Notes under the pieces: model-generated
Database searches by the model: none
The model's input: the letters and a program-made list of their open reading frames with translations, nothing else
Told to the model about the DNA's origin: nothing
In this document: piece by piece, positions 62,806-64,000 of the stretch
How positions within the stretch are numbered: position 1 is the first letter of the stretch
Layout of the letters: every line of letters begins with the position of its first letter
Translations under genes and position numbers: made by a program
Assembly: GCF_009914755.1 (NCBI RefSeq)
Contig: NC_060936.1
Origin: the human T2T-CHM13v2.0 reference genome, Homo sapiens
Reading direction: 5' to 3' (one strand)
DNA length: 64,000 nucleotides

Positions 62806-63122
62806 TCTTTTTTTCTTTTTCTTTTTCTTTTTTTTTGAGACAGGATCTCACTCTGTCACCCAGGCTAGGTAGAGTGCAGTGGCATGATCTCTGCTCACTG
62901 CAACCTCTGCCTCCCGGCTCAAGCGATTCTCATTCCTCAGCCCCCCTCAAGTAGCTGGGACTACAGTCATGCCCCACCACACCCAGCTAATTTTTGCATT
63001 TTTTTTGTAGAGACAGGGTTTCACCATGTTCCCCAGGCTGGTCCCAAACCCTGGGCTCAAGCAATCCTCCTGCCTCATCCCTCAAAGTGCTGGGATTACA
63101 GGGTGAGCAATCATGCCAGGCT
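62806..63122 (-). mobile_element. AluJ-like SINE
   Basis: Alu consensus in reverse orientation with T-rich tail. Confidence 0.9.
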
Positions 63123-64000
63123 ACTTCTTCTTTTTATTTAAGAATCCCAACTCAACATCAATATTTCAATCCAGTCTGGAATTAACTTATTCAGGAAATT
63201 AACTCATTAAATTACTCAGGTCTCCCGCCATCCACAACAAATCAGTCAGTACGTTGTGCATATTTTCACGTGCAAACATGCCCCAAATGGAGAGGTGGTA
63301 AAATGCCCATGGCCAAAAAATAATCTTTCAGACACACCAAAACTTTGCTGTCTCTGGGTACAAATGCTAAGAGTTGAGAGAATGGAAACTACTGGCCTCA
63401 GCCTATGGAGTGTCTAGCTCTTCACTCCTAGCCCCGACAGCCTGTCCAGCAGTGCAGTTTCTCTGGCTCAGCTCCCTCATGTCATCTCCTGCTCCCACCT
63501 CCATGCAGATGAGTCCGTCTCCCCGCTGCAGCTAGACACGGCCTCCTCTGAGCTCCAGAACCTTTTCATCTCACTCAGCCGACTTTCAGTTTCCACTGTC
63601 AAGTCTCATACTTGCAGGCTGATTCTTCTTCTCCTAGCATCTTATTCTTTTCTGCCTCATACTTAACGTAATTTGTAACTATGTGTGTATTTCTGTGTTT
63701 ATTTATTGCCTGTAAAGCTTCATGAAGGCAGAGAACACATCTGTTTTGGCCATCACTCCTCAGTTGATGCCAAACTCAACATCTGGAGCAGAGTAGGAGG
63801 TCCACAAATATTTGTAGAATGAAAGAATGAGCAAACCTATTGATCTAAGTTCCTATGGGACATTTCCATCTGGAGAGCTCAAACTACCTCAAAACTAAAG
63901 CCATCATCTCTCCCCCAAAACCCACTGTTCCTCCTTTCTCCCCAGGCTCTAAGAATGTTACCACCATTGGCCTGGTCACCCCGGTCAGAAAACTGAGACT

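Overview
Primate (most likely human) genomic DNA lying entirely inside one large + strand gene, which I recognise from its peptide as BTBD11/ABTB3 (ankyrin-repeat and BTB/POZ protein). Only two coding exons are supported: 38057-38206 (150 nt, phase 1/1) and 61515-61719 (205 nt, phase 1/2). They splice in frame across a 23.3-kb GT-AG intron to give ...[29 protein letters not shown]|[22 protein letters not shown]...VNLQVER. The rest is intron, dense in Alu, L1, L2, MIR, MaLR/ERVL/ERV1 LTRs, DNA-transposon fossils and simple repeats. Nearly all ORF-track entries are repeat-derived or chance ORFs. I found no convincing new multi-gene system. The most interesting observations are: a tailless 5S rRNA retrocopy whose target-site duplication (TSD) overlaps the 5S truncation point; a twin-primed inverted L1; an Alu carrying extra unique sequence inside its TSDs; an MLT2/MaLR chimeric solo LTR; two long complementary ATC/ACC and GAT/GGT arrays grown from MIR tails and bracketing the frame-symmetric exon; inverted Alu pairs around each exon; and a cryptic phase-1 exon candidate whose peptide resembles a downstream BTBD11 motif (possibly chance). 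Gene and repeat subfamily names come from recall of sequences, not from a database search.
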